From: Octopus vulgaris
Lineage: Eukaryota
Direction of reading: 5' to 3'
DNA length: 64,000 nt
NCBI GenBank assembly: GCA_951406725.2
Contig: OX597842.1
Location: 20,150,001-20,214,000 of the forward strand
Shown here: one piece after another, positions 1-10,367 of the stretch
Numbering within the stretch: the first letter of the stretch is position 1
Layout of the letters: each line of letters begins with the position of its first letter
Made by a program: the position numbers and the translations under genes
The notes under the pieces: model-generated
The model's input: the letters and a program-made list of their open reading frames with translations, nothing else
The model's database searches: none
What the model was told of the DNA's origin: nothing

Positions 1-69
1 CACACACACACCTTGGTATTGACCCCCTCATCCTTTGCCCTTGTGGCAAATAAAAGAAACCCTTATTAT

Positions 70-598
70 ATACAACTATCACCTGAGTCCATTGTGAAGA
101 TGGCCCCTCTACTTTCCTTCAACCAAGAAGGGCAACCAGTATTTATCTGCTCGGGGCCCATGGCAAAGGGGATCATATAGTGGACATGTCTGAAAGGGCT
201 GAAGACCAGCAATTGCCATTTTGTCAAAACCCTAATAAACTTTGTCAGGTTTCACTTGAAGAGGAAAATCAAGGTGGAGAGGTAAGTGCTGGCTTCCAAG
301 CAGTTTGTTGAAAGGTGGGTGAGAGGGGTGAGCATTACCTGAGTGAATGGGCCTTCTCTCAGAGTGTACCTGTATATTGGAGAGGAAAGACCAGGAGAGG
401 GCATCCACCCTGGTGGTCAGGGAGACCATGGATTTTGTGGGCTTTCTTTACGTGTGGCCCTTCAAAGTCCCCAAACTATCAGGGATGTTACTTTGAATTT
501 CTTTTATTCTTTGTATGACTTTTTACATGCTAAAACCCACACTGGACCCTCCCGAATGTTTTGCTTTGAGTTAGCCCTCTGTGGTTAATAAAGAAATT
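70..598 (+). mobile_element. Tx1/L1-like LINE 3' fragment (degenerate ORF2 C-terminus plus 3' tail)
   Basis: Translates with stops to ...LSPESIVKMAP...FRFHLKRKIKVER-like text and ends in TTAGCCCTCTGTGGTTAATAAAGAAATT. Same family as 25826-26349; inverted copy at ~58560-59090. Clade assignment is from memory. Confidence 0.55.
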
Positions 599-618
599 AC
601 TATAAATCATTTCCTTAC

Positions 619-867
619 TCTTTATCTCCAAATCAATTCTTCCAATATTAAGGTTGTCATCTTCAAATTTCCAAGTCAAACATTTCTCAGTTACTTTTTT
701 GATCCAAAGCGTGGAGGTATCTCTTAAATGAGTCACTTTATAGTCAGGGCCATCAGCGCATGTCCTGTCACATTCATATTTATAATTCTGGCACTTCCAA
801 ACCACCGGTCGTTTCATATTAGGTATTGTTATCGAAAGGGTGAGGTTTCTATTGAGCACAGCAGGTC
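619..867 (-). CDS. 249-nt exon (phase 1-1) encoding a non-canonical Ig-like domain, left gene copy
   Basis: ttatttcAG acceptor and GTaagg donor; open frame GPAVLNRNLTLSITIPNMKRPVVWKCQNYKYECDRTCADGPDYKVTHLRDTSTLWIKKVTEKCLTWKFEDDNLNIGRIDLEIK; paralogues at 58292 and 63840. Confidence 0.8.
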
Positions 868-1227
868 CTGAAATAACGAAATCAGTTAAGAAGTTTGCTT
901 CCAAATCATATGGTCCTGGGTTCAGTCCCACTACACAGCACCTTGGGAAAGTGTCTTCTACTACAGCATCAGCCTTGTGAGTGGATTTGGTAGATGGAAA
1001 TTGAAAGAAGCCCATTGTATGTATATGTGTGTGTGTTTGTGTATGTATATGTGTGTGTATATATATACATACACACTTGTGTGTTTCAAAGCCTTGTGAG
1101 TGTATTTGATAGATGGAAACTGAAAGAAGCCCATTATTTATATATATGTAAATAGAAATAGAAAATTATTATTTCTAAGTCACTGAACAAGAAACATTCA
1201 GTAACATTAATCGAGAGTAAAGATTAC

Positions 1228-1735
1228 TTGCCAACATAATATGGCAGTCCTAGCTAGGATGATTGTTACTGTTATTTAGCCCCAGGAAACACTGCCTCCA
1301 GCTGGGTATATGACACGCTATCTATGTCTTATGGGATGCTAAACTCCCTTGTTTGAAAATATAAGGATGCAGCTAGTGCGTCATATAGCCAGCTGGAGAC
1401 GATGTTTACTAGGGCTAAAGAACAGTAACAATCGTCCTAACCAGGACCGCCACATTATGTTGGCGAATAATCTTTACCCTAGAGTACTGTTACTCAATGT
1501 CTTGTTCAGAGATTTAGAAATAATTTTCTATTTGTTAGATCAGTGACTGTGTGTCACTTTGAAAAGTATATATTTTGGACTAGAGTTTAGTGGAGTCATC
1601 TCTAGCTGAGCAGTTATTCTGTGCTGATGAAGGGAAATAACCCAGAGACCATTGGTATGCAGATAGATGATGTTTCCTAAGACTAAATTTACAGTATCAT
1701 TCGTCCTAACCAAGACTGCCACATTATGTTGGCAA
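1228..1735. repeat. Cluster of three diverged ~100-bp repeat units (first two inverted) containing a degenerate hammerhead motif
   Basis: Unit GCCAACATAATGTGGCAGTC.TGGTTAGGACGA... at 1228 (+), ~1370-1470 (-) and ~1660-1735 (-); the same cluster occurs at ~57195-57730 and ~62730-63265. Confidence 0.6.
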
Positions 1736-1878
1736 ATATATATATATATAAGTTCAGCAAAAATTTAGATTCAAATGAATATGGTACTTAATTTAGATGC
1801 ACCAGAATTTTGTATGGTGTTATCCATAGAAATCCGTGGGGTGATTATAATGAAAATAAGCAACAAGAATGACTCCAG

Positions 1879-1971
1879 TAATTTGGTACGATCGTTTCGT
1901 ACTACATCATTTTATTAAATTTTGTAAGTATTACAACAGTTTTAAAATACTGAGCACTCATCAGCCAATTA
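1879..1971 (-). ncRNA. Minimal type I hammerhead ribozyme (Penelope-like)
   Basis: Minus strand: stem I UAAUUGG/CCAAAUUA, core CUGAUGA, stem II GUGCU/AGUAC with a long AU-rich loop, GAAA, palindromic stem III ACGAUCGU, GUA cleavage triplet. Confidence 0.7.
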
Positions 1972-2232
1972 TAGAGGTTTTCTGTTAATACAAAAATTTT
2001 CATATCACGTGGCAACATTATAGAGAAGGTAGATATATAGACAAAGATGTGGATTTTAATTTTAAGAACGTATGATGTAGTGGAACAACCAAATCTTAGT
2101 ACCTCATATGTTCTTAAAATTTAAATCCACATCTTTGTCTATATATCTACCTTCTCTATAATGTTGCCACTTGATTTGATAACTTTTTTATTAATGGAAA
2201 GCCTCTATAACTGGCTGATGAGTACTCAGCAT
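1948..2232. repeat. Long inverted repeat (~130-bp arms, ~20-nt loop), probable inverted Penelope-like terminal repeat
   Basis: 1948-2078 is the reverse complement of 2100-2232 with few mismatches and overlaps the hammerhead core. Confidence 0.8.
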
Positions 2233-2399
2233 CTTATAGAGGGATTAGGCTATTATCAGCTCCCGGAAAAGATTTTAACAGGATACTTTTAGAGATGATG
2301 CGGACAGCAGTAAAGAAGAAGCTGGATTTAGGAAAAACCGTTCATGTGGAGATCAAACCGCCACTCTTTGTATCATTGTAGAGCAAAGCGCAGAGTGGA

Positions 2400-2662
2400 A
2401 TGCACTCTATCTGCGACAATTTCATCTCAATCGAAGAAGAGGGGCTTTCTCCGTCCGGGTTGCGGATCCGTGGAATAAGCTGCCGGACGAGATAGTGAAG
2501 ATGCCAACGACCGCTCGATTCAAAGTCTCCCTTGACCACAAATGGCCTGAACTCTTTGCATGAACACCACCCTGTACATAACTCCATGTCCCCCTAAATG
2601 GCCTTGCTTTTTTGCTTTTTGAGCCCAAAAATTAACTTAACTTACCTTAACTTAGCTTAACT
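2400..2662 (+). mobile_element. CR1-like LINE 3' end
   Basis: Encodes FSVRVADPWNKLPDEIVKMPTTARFKVSLDHKWPELFA*, then a 3' UTR and an (AACTT)n tail; copies at 28355, 56290 and 61770. Confidence 0.7.
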
Positions 2663-2850
2663 TGGATATAGAAAGAAAGGTAGGCCTAAGAACTAGTGGC
2701 GTAGATCAACAAAAAACGAACTAGAGAAAGGGGGACATTCATGGCAGAGTATAAGTACAGAGGCGAAAAATTATGCAACATAGAATTCAATTATGAGTAG
2801 CCTATATTCCACGTTGGAGGGTCAAAGGCAAGAAAGAAGAATATATTTAC

Positions 2851-2889
2851 CACTTTGGGTGATATTATAATTTTGTGCACTTGACAAAT
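2851..2889 (-). CDS. 39-nt exon (phase 1-1): end of signal peptide and first strand of the domain, left gene copy
   Basis: ttttacAG/GTaaat boundaries; reads (Y)LSSAQNYNITQS(G) in frame with both flanking exons. Confidence 0.75.
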
Positions 2890-3432
2890 CTGTAAAAGAT
2901 GAAAACAAAAATTTTTGATTTTAAGATGAAATAATTCAAAACAATGTGAATAAATGAACATTACATTTCACAGTAATTTGATTGCTAAAGGATTAAACCA
3001 GCCATATCCGTTTTATGTTCTAAGTGGCTGGGTCCAGCCCCTCACACCTACCCTACAATGTCAGTCTAAAAATAAACAATCACATCAGCAAAATGTCAAA
3101 ACTACAAGATAACGAATGATTAATTCAAAAACCAAGTCTAAAGGAGCATTACATTAAACGGAATAAACTGATTGCTAACGAGTTAAAGTAGCCATACCTA
3201 GCACAAAGATTCTACCTGTTTCGTGTTTAAACTGGTAATGGGTCAGCCTTTTGCACCTGTCTTACAATGTCATTCTAAAAATGAACGGACAAGGACTGCT
3301 ATGTAAAGAAGTGCTGATCTTTAACTGCGGAGGCAATCTGTGGAAGAGGTGGACCCTGAAAGGTGCAGGACAAAACGGTGGAACATGAGGGCTTTGGATG
3401 TTGAGGCTGACATGTATTGATAAGTGACTGCG

Positions 3433-3635
3433 ATTGCCAAAAAAAAACTCATATTGCTCAGAAACTGCCAAAAGACATTGATGAAAAAATTTGTTCTGAA
3501 GGAGTGTAAAATGTTTGGGTTCTCCCTAGAAAATATTGGAAACATAAATGAAATTCCCACGTATTTCGATAAACCAGGAAACACTACAGCAGACACAGAG
3601 GGAAACGAAGCTGTTAAAGTAAAAACATCTGAGAA
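3433..3635 (+). pseudogene. pogo/Tigger-type DDE transposase fragment
   Basis: IAQKLPKDIDEK followed by IGNINEIPTYFDKPGNTT..EGNEAVKVKTSE resembles the pogo IGNMDETP-FD-P motif; frameshifted, and the catalytic D is replaced by N. Confidence 0.6.
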
Positions 3636-3644
3636 TTTATTAAA

Positions 3645-4968
3645 TAATGACGGGTTGTGGTTAAGAAAACGAAGATCATGTCAACAGCAGCCACAACAAA
3701 CACCAGCATCAAGATCGATAATGAAGAGATTGAAGTGGTTGATCATTTCGTCTTCCTTGGCTCCAAAATAAATCGAGACGGTGACTGCACTCCAGAAATA
3801 AGACGGTGGATGGATGGAAGCACTCCGTCGGTTACGACGACGAGGGTTCCGGTTGATCCGAATCAACGGAACAGCCTGCTCGTGAAATTAACGTGTAAGT
3901 GGCTGAGCACTCCACAGACACGTGTACCCTTAACGTAGTTCTTGGGGATATTCAGCGTGACACAGAGAGTGACAAGGCCGGCCCTTTGAAATACAGGTAC
4001 AACAGAAACAGGAAGTAAGAGTGAGAGAAAGTTGTGGTGAAAGAGTACAGCAGGGATCACCACCATCCCTGCCAGAGCCTCGTGGAGCTTTAGGTGTTTT
4101 CGCTCAATAAACACTCACAACGCCCGGTCTGGGAATCGAAACCGCGATCCTATGACCGCGAGTCCACTGCCCTTACCACTGGGCCATTGCGCCTCCACAA
4201 GACGGCGGATAGTACTAGGCAGAGAGGCAATGGTCAGCATGAGCAGGGCCTGGAAGAGTAGAGACATCAGACTCGCTACCAAATGCAGATTGGTGAATGC
4301 AATTGTCTTCCCAATAGCAACATATGGATGTGAGACCTGGACACTAAAGAAAGCTGACCAGAAGAGAATTAATGCATTCGAGCTTTGGTGTTGGAGAAGA
4401 CTTTTACGGATTCCATAGATAACGAGGCTCACCAATGGAGAAGTTCTTAAGCAGATCAGGCCAAAAATGTCACTAGAAGCTAGGATCACCAAGCATAGAT
4501 TGGCATATTTCAGTCATATTATGCGGAGAAAATCCCTGGAGAAGGACATCATGCTTGGAATGGTCAGTGGCAAGAGAGGAAGAGGCCGACCAAGAACCCA
4601 CTGGCTTGACACCATCAAGAGTGATACTGGAATGAACATAGCCAATCTGAAAAAAGCGGCCCAGGATAGAACTGACTGGAGGACACTGATCCATCGAGTG
4701 ACCGAGAGTCGACTTTGACTGAGCGGATATATATATATATACATATTTTGGTCATATGATGCGGAGAAAATCCCTGGAGAAGGACATCATGCTCGGAATG
4801 GTCAGTGGCAAGAGAGGAAGAGGCCGACCAAGAACCCACTGGCTTGACACCATCAGGAGTGATACCGGAATGGACATAGCCAGTCTGAAAGAAGCGGCCC
4901 AGGATAGAACTGACTGGAGGACACTGATCCATCGAGTGACCGAGAGTCGACTTCGACTGACCGGATAG
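3645..4968 (+). mobile_element. RTE-clade LINE 3' portion, SINE-interrupted, with its 3' end tandemly duplicated
   Basis: KTKIM...FVFLGSKI...YGCETWTLKKAD..INAFELWCWRRLLRIP...GKRGRGRPRTHWLD; 4510-4725 is repeated at 4745-4965. Confidence 0.85.
3807..4198 (-). mobile_element. Full-length tRNA-derived SINE with target-site duplication
   Basis: A box TGGCCCAGTGG, B box GGTTTCGATTCCC, (TCCA)n tail; TSD AAGACGG at 3800-3806 and 4199-4205; removing it restores the RTE frame EIRRRIVL. Confidence 0.9.
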
Positions 4969-5139
4969 AGAGATAGTGGTTTTGAAAGATAGTGGGTGAT
5001 TCTCATACACAGTACCAAGATTAGTGTTGTATGGGGTGGGGAAGGGTGTGAGGACTCACTGTTAATTAACCAGGGTGGGATATAGGGAATGTTTTGGGAC
5101 CTGAGGTTCTGTAAATAAGTTGTTAATGAGGCAGATAAT

Positions 5140-5310
5140 TTATAAAGTTAATCCAAACATGAAAGCACAAAAAAAAACACAACAACACGAGGACATGGAA
5201 CAAATATAGTATTATTGGACGCTCAGGAAAGAAGGAGGGTTTAACGTTTCGAGCGGAGCTCTTCATTGGAAACAAATGAGAAGGAAAGATCCAGAGAAGG
5301 GAAGACAGAG
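5140..5310 (-). mobile_element. Penelope-like terminal remnant with a degenerate hammerhead
   Basis: Minus strand 5273-5239: GUUU-CCAAUGA-A-GAGC(UCC)GCUC-GAAACGUU-AAAC, the minimal hammerhead layout with two core mismatches. Confidence 0.5.
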
Positions 5311-5542
5311 AATTTATAAGTGGGATTGTGGTGGAAAATCATGAATTTTCCAAAATTTTCTTGCATAAAATGCATCATTTCTAAAGCTGTGGTGAAAACA
5401 AAATTGGGAAAATCCCTACCAAAACAAAGAAAATCCTCCTTATGTGAGTGACCCCATTCCAGACCCCTGTGCACCTGAGTAAGTTTGCCTTAACAAAAAT
5501 AAGTTATGGAAAGAAATTAAATAAAATATAAATAAAACTTAC

Positions 5543-5588
5543 AGACAAATGTTACAAACAAACAGCAGAACAAGATCCATTTAGCCAT
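5543..5588 (-). CDS. Signal-peptide (leader) exon B, left gene copy
   Basis: ttttcAG-atcATG start; MAKWILFCCLFVTFV plus 1 nt, then GTaagt; matches 54013-54058. Confidence 0.8.
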
Positions 5589-5848
5589 GATCTGAAAAAA
5601 TAATTTTCAAAAGCTGCAAAATAACAAAGTTTATACCCCAGGGTCCGAGGCTGGTCAGGCTGAGAAAAACAAACAGTCACAATATCATCAGTCACTCTTT
5701 AATAGATTTGTGGTCGAGCCTGTGGCATTGGAGATCTTATTCTTAACTATTTCGAATACTACAGAACGCTGTACAGTAGAGACAAGTGCAGTTTGAACCA
5801 GGTTGGTATCAAAAGGCTTAAGAATTGTTTCTCTATTATATATTTTAA

Positions 5849-6298
5849 CCCTTTTCTTACCATATTTCTGTTGAGATGCTCCGTGTTTCTTTCAATTAAT
5901 TCTATATATAACAAAGATCTTAGCAAAATAACTTAGTTATCATTAAGCTAGTGTTAGGAACATAAATTGTGACTAATGTTTGGTGGAAAATTTTAATTCA
6001 AAGCTTATGAAAACAAGACATTTGTACTAAAGAGCCAGAGCCGGTTTCAGCTGGGTTGGTAACAAAAGGGTTAAGAATTGTTTCTCTATTATATATTTGT
6101 GGAGATGCTCTGTGTTTCTTTCAATTATTTTAAATATAACAAAGATCTTAGCAAAATAACTTAGTTACCATTTAGCTAGTGTTAGGAACATAAATTGCGA
6201 CTAAGGTTTGGTGGAAGATTTTAATTCAAAACTTATGAAAACAAGACATTTGTACTCAGAGCCAGAGGCCGGTTTCAGCTGGGTTGGTCACGGAAGGG
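5849..6298. mobile_element. piggyBac-type MITE (5849-6070) plus a tandem partial copy
   Basis: TTAA-CCCTTTTCTTACC ... GGTAACAAAAGGG-TTAA; the second copy ends GGG-TTAA at 6298; same family at 52070-52290. Confidence 0.75.
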
Positions 6299-6346
6299 TT
6301 AATGAGGATGAATTATTAAGAATAAGAATGACGAATAAAAACTTAC

Positions 6347-6389
6347 AAAATAATGCAGACAAACAACAAAAGAACTTTAGAATGTCCAT
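6347..6389 (-). CDS. Alternative signal-peptide (leader) exon A, left gene copy
   Basis: ttttacAG-atcATG start; MDILKFFCCLSALF plus 1 nt, then GTaagt; same architecture and phase as exon B. Confidence 0.6.
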
Positions 6390-6552
6390 GATCTGTAAAA
6401 GTAATTTTCTAAAATTGAAAAACAACAAAAATTATTTCAGTTACACAAAGTTTACAACAACGAACCAATGGCGGATATCTAATTAATTAAAAGTCTAGAC
6501 AAAATAGCTGGGAAATTGCAAATCCAATTATACAGGTTAATCCAGTTATACA

Positions 6553-6891
6553 AGCGCAGGAGTGGCTGTGTGGTAAGTAGCTTGTCTACCAACCACATGG
6601 TTCCAGGTTCAGTCCCACTGCGTGGCACCTTGGGCAAGTGTCTTCTACTATAGCCTCGGGCCGACCAAAGCCTTGTGAGTGGATTTGGTAGACGGAAACT
6701 GAAAAGAAGCCTGTCGTATATATGTATATATATTTATATATCTGTTTGTGTGTCTGTGTTTGTCCCCCCCTAGCATCGCTTGACAACCGATGCTGGTGTG
6801 TTTATGTCCCCGTTACTTAGCGGTTCGGCAAAAGAGGCCGATTGAATAAGTACTGGGCTTACAAAAGAATAAGTCCCGGGGTCGATTTGCT
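6553..6891 (+). mobile_element. Abundant octopus-type tRNA-derived SINE (family A) with internal (TA)/(TG) microsatellite
   Basis: Head GGCGCAGGAGTGGCTGTGTGGTAAG..GGTTCAGTCCC. Many further copies, e.g. 8330-8722 (-), 9508-9877 (+), 12203-12583 (-), 20529-20903 (+), 43633-43979 (-), 53312-53709 (+), 59170-59563 (-). Confidence 0.85.
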
Positions 6892-7017
6892 TCTAGTTTG
6901 AAGCATTCAATATACATTGAATGTGTTAGCAGGAACTTAAAAGATTTATCCAAAAACGTTATTTAGCTGTTATTTTTAGCACACCTCACAACCACCTCAA
7001 TAACAAAAAGAAGCGTG

Positions 7018-7894
7018 GGATCTTTTCGGTTTGAACGGCAGTTTTTCTAGCAGTGTCATATGAAATTGTCACCCATAATTATGACCCTAGTATCGATCTA
7101 TTGCATTTCAATCTGTTTTAGGGTTAGGGGTGGGGAAAGGGTATCTTTTCTTCTTCAGAAATGTAAATAAAACTCAATCTGTTTCTTAAACGAGGGACAT
7201 ATTCATACGGCACAGAATGTTTTCACCTCAATAGACGTCATTGATTGGTTGAAATTGCAGAAATTGAAGGGAAAAAAACAACAAATATCTTACAACCTAT
7301 AGAATTTTCTCAATAAAGCCAAGAGAAAAAGATGTTTTATAAACACATTCTACCAGTATACGAAGTTTAAGTGTTTAGTTACGTGGAAATTATTTTAAAA
7401 AACTGCCGTTCAAACCGAAAAGATCCCAAATATCTTACAAACTATAGACTTTTCTCAATAAAGCCAAGAGAAAAAGATGTTTTATAAACACATTCTACCA
7501 GTATACGAAGTTTAAAAGTGTTTAGTTACGTGGAAATTATTAAAAAAAACTGCCGTTCAAACTGAAAAGATCCCAAATATCTTACAAACTATAGAATTTT
7601 CTCAATAAAGCCAAGAGAAAAAGATGTTTTATAAACACATTCTACCTGTATACGAAGTTTAAAAGTGTTTAGTTACGTGGAACCTATTGAGGTAAAAAAA
7701 ACATTCTGTGCCGTATGAATATGTCCGTTTAATTAACAGATTGGGTTAATTTACATTTGTGAAGGAAAAAAGATACCCTTTCCCTAACCCTAAAACAGAT
7801 TGAAATGCAATAGATCGATACTAGGGTCATAATTATAGGTGACAATTTCATATGACTCCGCTAGGAAAAACTGCCGTTCAAACCGAAAAGATCC
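7018..7894. mobile_element. Composite of GGATC-terminal (Merlin-like) MITEs: full copy, two tandem end repeats and an inverted half
   Basis: TIR GGATCTTTTCGGTTTGAACGGCAGTTTTT at 7018; its complement ends at ~7427, ~7573 and ~7894. Confidence 0.75.
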
Positions 7895-7921
7895 GTTTCA
7901 GCTAATTTAGAAAACCGAACA

Positions 7922-8306
7922 TATATTTCTTTATTGCCCACAAGGGACTAAACATAGAGGGGACAAACAATGACAGACAAACGGATTAAGTCGATTATAT
8001 CGACCCAGTGCGAAACTGGTACTTTATTTATCGACCCCGAGAGGATGAAAGGCAAAGTCGACCTCGACAGAATTTGAACTCAGAACATCACGGCAGACGA
8101 AATACCTATTTCTTTACTACTCACAACGGGCTAAACATAGAGGGGACAAACAATGACAGACAAACGGATTAAGTCGATTACATCGACCCAGTGCGAAACT
8201 GGTACTTTATTTATCGACCCCGGCGGAATTTGAACTCAGAACGTAAAGACAGACGAAATACCGCTAAGCCTTTCGCCCGCCGTGCTAACGTTTCTGGCAG
8301 CTCACC
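7922..8306 (-). mobile_element. SINE family B (tandem dimer)
   Basis: Pol III-like head (GAGTTCAAATTCC), central GCCTTTCATCCT..GGGGTCGATAAATAAAGTACCAG and a CCTTGTGGG..TAAAGAAATA tail; copies at 29520-29822 and 39626-39892. Confidence 0.65.
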
Positions 8307-9134
8307 TGTCTTTCTATCAAACCTGGTATACTCTTTTACTTGTTTCAGTCATTTGACCGCGGCCATGCTGGAGCACCGTCTTTTAGTCGAGCAAATCGAC
8401 CCCGGGACTTATTCTTTGTAAGCCCAGTACTTATACTATCGGTCTCTTTTGCCGAACCGCTAAGTGACGGGGACGTAAACACACCAGCATCGGTTGTCAA
8501 GCAATGCTAGGGGGACAAAGACAAACATATACACACACGTACATATATATATATATATATATACATATATACGACAGGCTTCTTTCAGTTTCCGTCTACC
8601 AAATCCACTTACAAGGCTTTGGTAAGCCCGAGGCTATAGTAGAAGACACTTGCCCAAGATGCCACGCAGTGGGACTGAACCCGGAACCATGTGGTTGGTT
8701 AGCAAGCTACTTACCACACATCTCAACACCTGACATAAAACCATCTCCCTCTCTACATAGAAAGCCGCGTTATTTTGGCAATTCCATTTCGAATTTAATT
8801 AACCGTCAGTTTAGTTCAAATGCATTTCAACTCATAAACGCAGAACTGTTAATGACCATCCAGGGTCAATATAAAGACCCCTTTTTTTTTTACAGGATCT
8901 CACGTTTTTGGTTATGGAAGGATCCAATACCGAAAAAGAATTTTTTTTTCAAACAATCGCATTTTCAAAATTCCGGTATCCGCTCCAAGAATTTTTTGCG
9001 AAATACGTAGCAAAATAAAACTACGATTCTGAAAATTGGCTTGTAAAATTTAAATTTTTCAAAAACAATATATATATGGCGGTGCCCCAGCATGGCCACA
9101 GCTCATGAGCTGAAACTAGAATCAATCAATCAAT

Positions 9135-9494
9135 ATATGCGTGGTGCCTAGGACTCCAAATTTGCCATCAAGATGTAGGACAAGATACTGTGATAGCCTG
9201 GGCTTCCGAGGCCCACAGCTCTTCAATATCCTCCCGAAGAACCTGAGAGACCTGCATGGGGTGGATGCAGATGTCTTTAAAATGAAACTGGATCTCTTCC
9301 TGTCAGGTGTCCCAGATGAACCAACTTCACGGCAGGAGGTGCAGATGAGGACAGCTGCATCGAACTCTCTCATGCACCAAATGGCAGTTGCTAAAAAGCT
9401 TTCGTGAAGTAAAACCAAGTAGCAACACCAAATGGCGGTGCCCCAGCATGGCCACAGCTCATGAGCTGAAACTAGAATCAATCAATCAATCAAT
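9135..9494 (+). mobile_element. CR1-group LINE 3' end with (ATCA)n tail
   Basis: GPQLFNILPKNLRD..FKMKLDLFLSGVPDEP..AASNSL C-terminal motif; second copy at 20158-20510. Confidence 0.7.
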
Positions 9495-9876
9495 CATATA
9501 TATATATGTAGCTTGCTTGCCAACCACATGGTTCCGGGTTCAGTCCCGCTGCGTGGCACCTTGGGCAAGTGTCTTCTACAATAGCCTCGGGCCGACCAAA
9601 GCCTTGTGAGTGGATTTGGTAGACGGAAACATGAAAGAAGCCCCTCGAATATATACATATATGTATGTGTGTGTGTGTGTGTGTGTGTTTGTCCCCCTAG
9701 CATTGCTTGACAACCGATGCTGGTGTGTTTATGTCCCCGTCACTTATCGGTTCGGCAAAAGAGACCGATATAATAAGTACTGGGCTTACAAAGAATAAGT
9801 CCCGGGGTCGAGTTGCTCGACTAAAGGTGGTGCTCCAGCATGGCCGCAGTCAAATGACTGAAACAAGTAAAGAGAG

Positions 9877-9953
<77 letters not shown>

Positions 9954-9955
9954 GT

Positions 9956-9996
<41 letters not shown>

Positions 9997-10319
9997 CAGT
10001 AATGCAATACAAAGTATTGCCTTCCAGTAAAAAGTAGCCCGTGAGAGAAAAATACACAAATTAGTAAATAAAAGCAAAATATGGGTGAGAGACATATCTT
10101 GCAAAACCTGAAACCTGCAGGTACCACATTATCCATTTTCCGGGTGTTTCATCTTTAAGATGTTCTCCCTGGAGGTAAGACGGTTTTTTTTCTCTATTTT
10201 GTTGCACACACGCATTTTTACTAATACATACGCGGTGAAGCTACACATTAGCGTCGTAATTTTGCGTTCGCTATTTCCAGTAAATATCGGTACTTAGTTG
10301 TGCCATTTATTTACTAATT

Positions 10320-10367
<48 letters not shown>

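Noticed and set aside
530-1015. 161-aa single-exon ORF (and 58153-58551)
   Set aside because: The N-terminal half is SINE A sequence read through an intron; only the splice-bounded 249-nt part is credible coding sequence.
7280-7680. CRISPR-like regularly spaced repeats
   Set aside because: They are tandem copies of a MITE end without unique spacers, in eukaryotic context with no cas genes.
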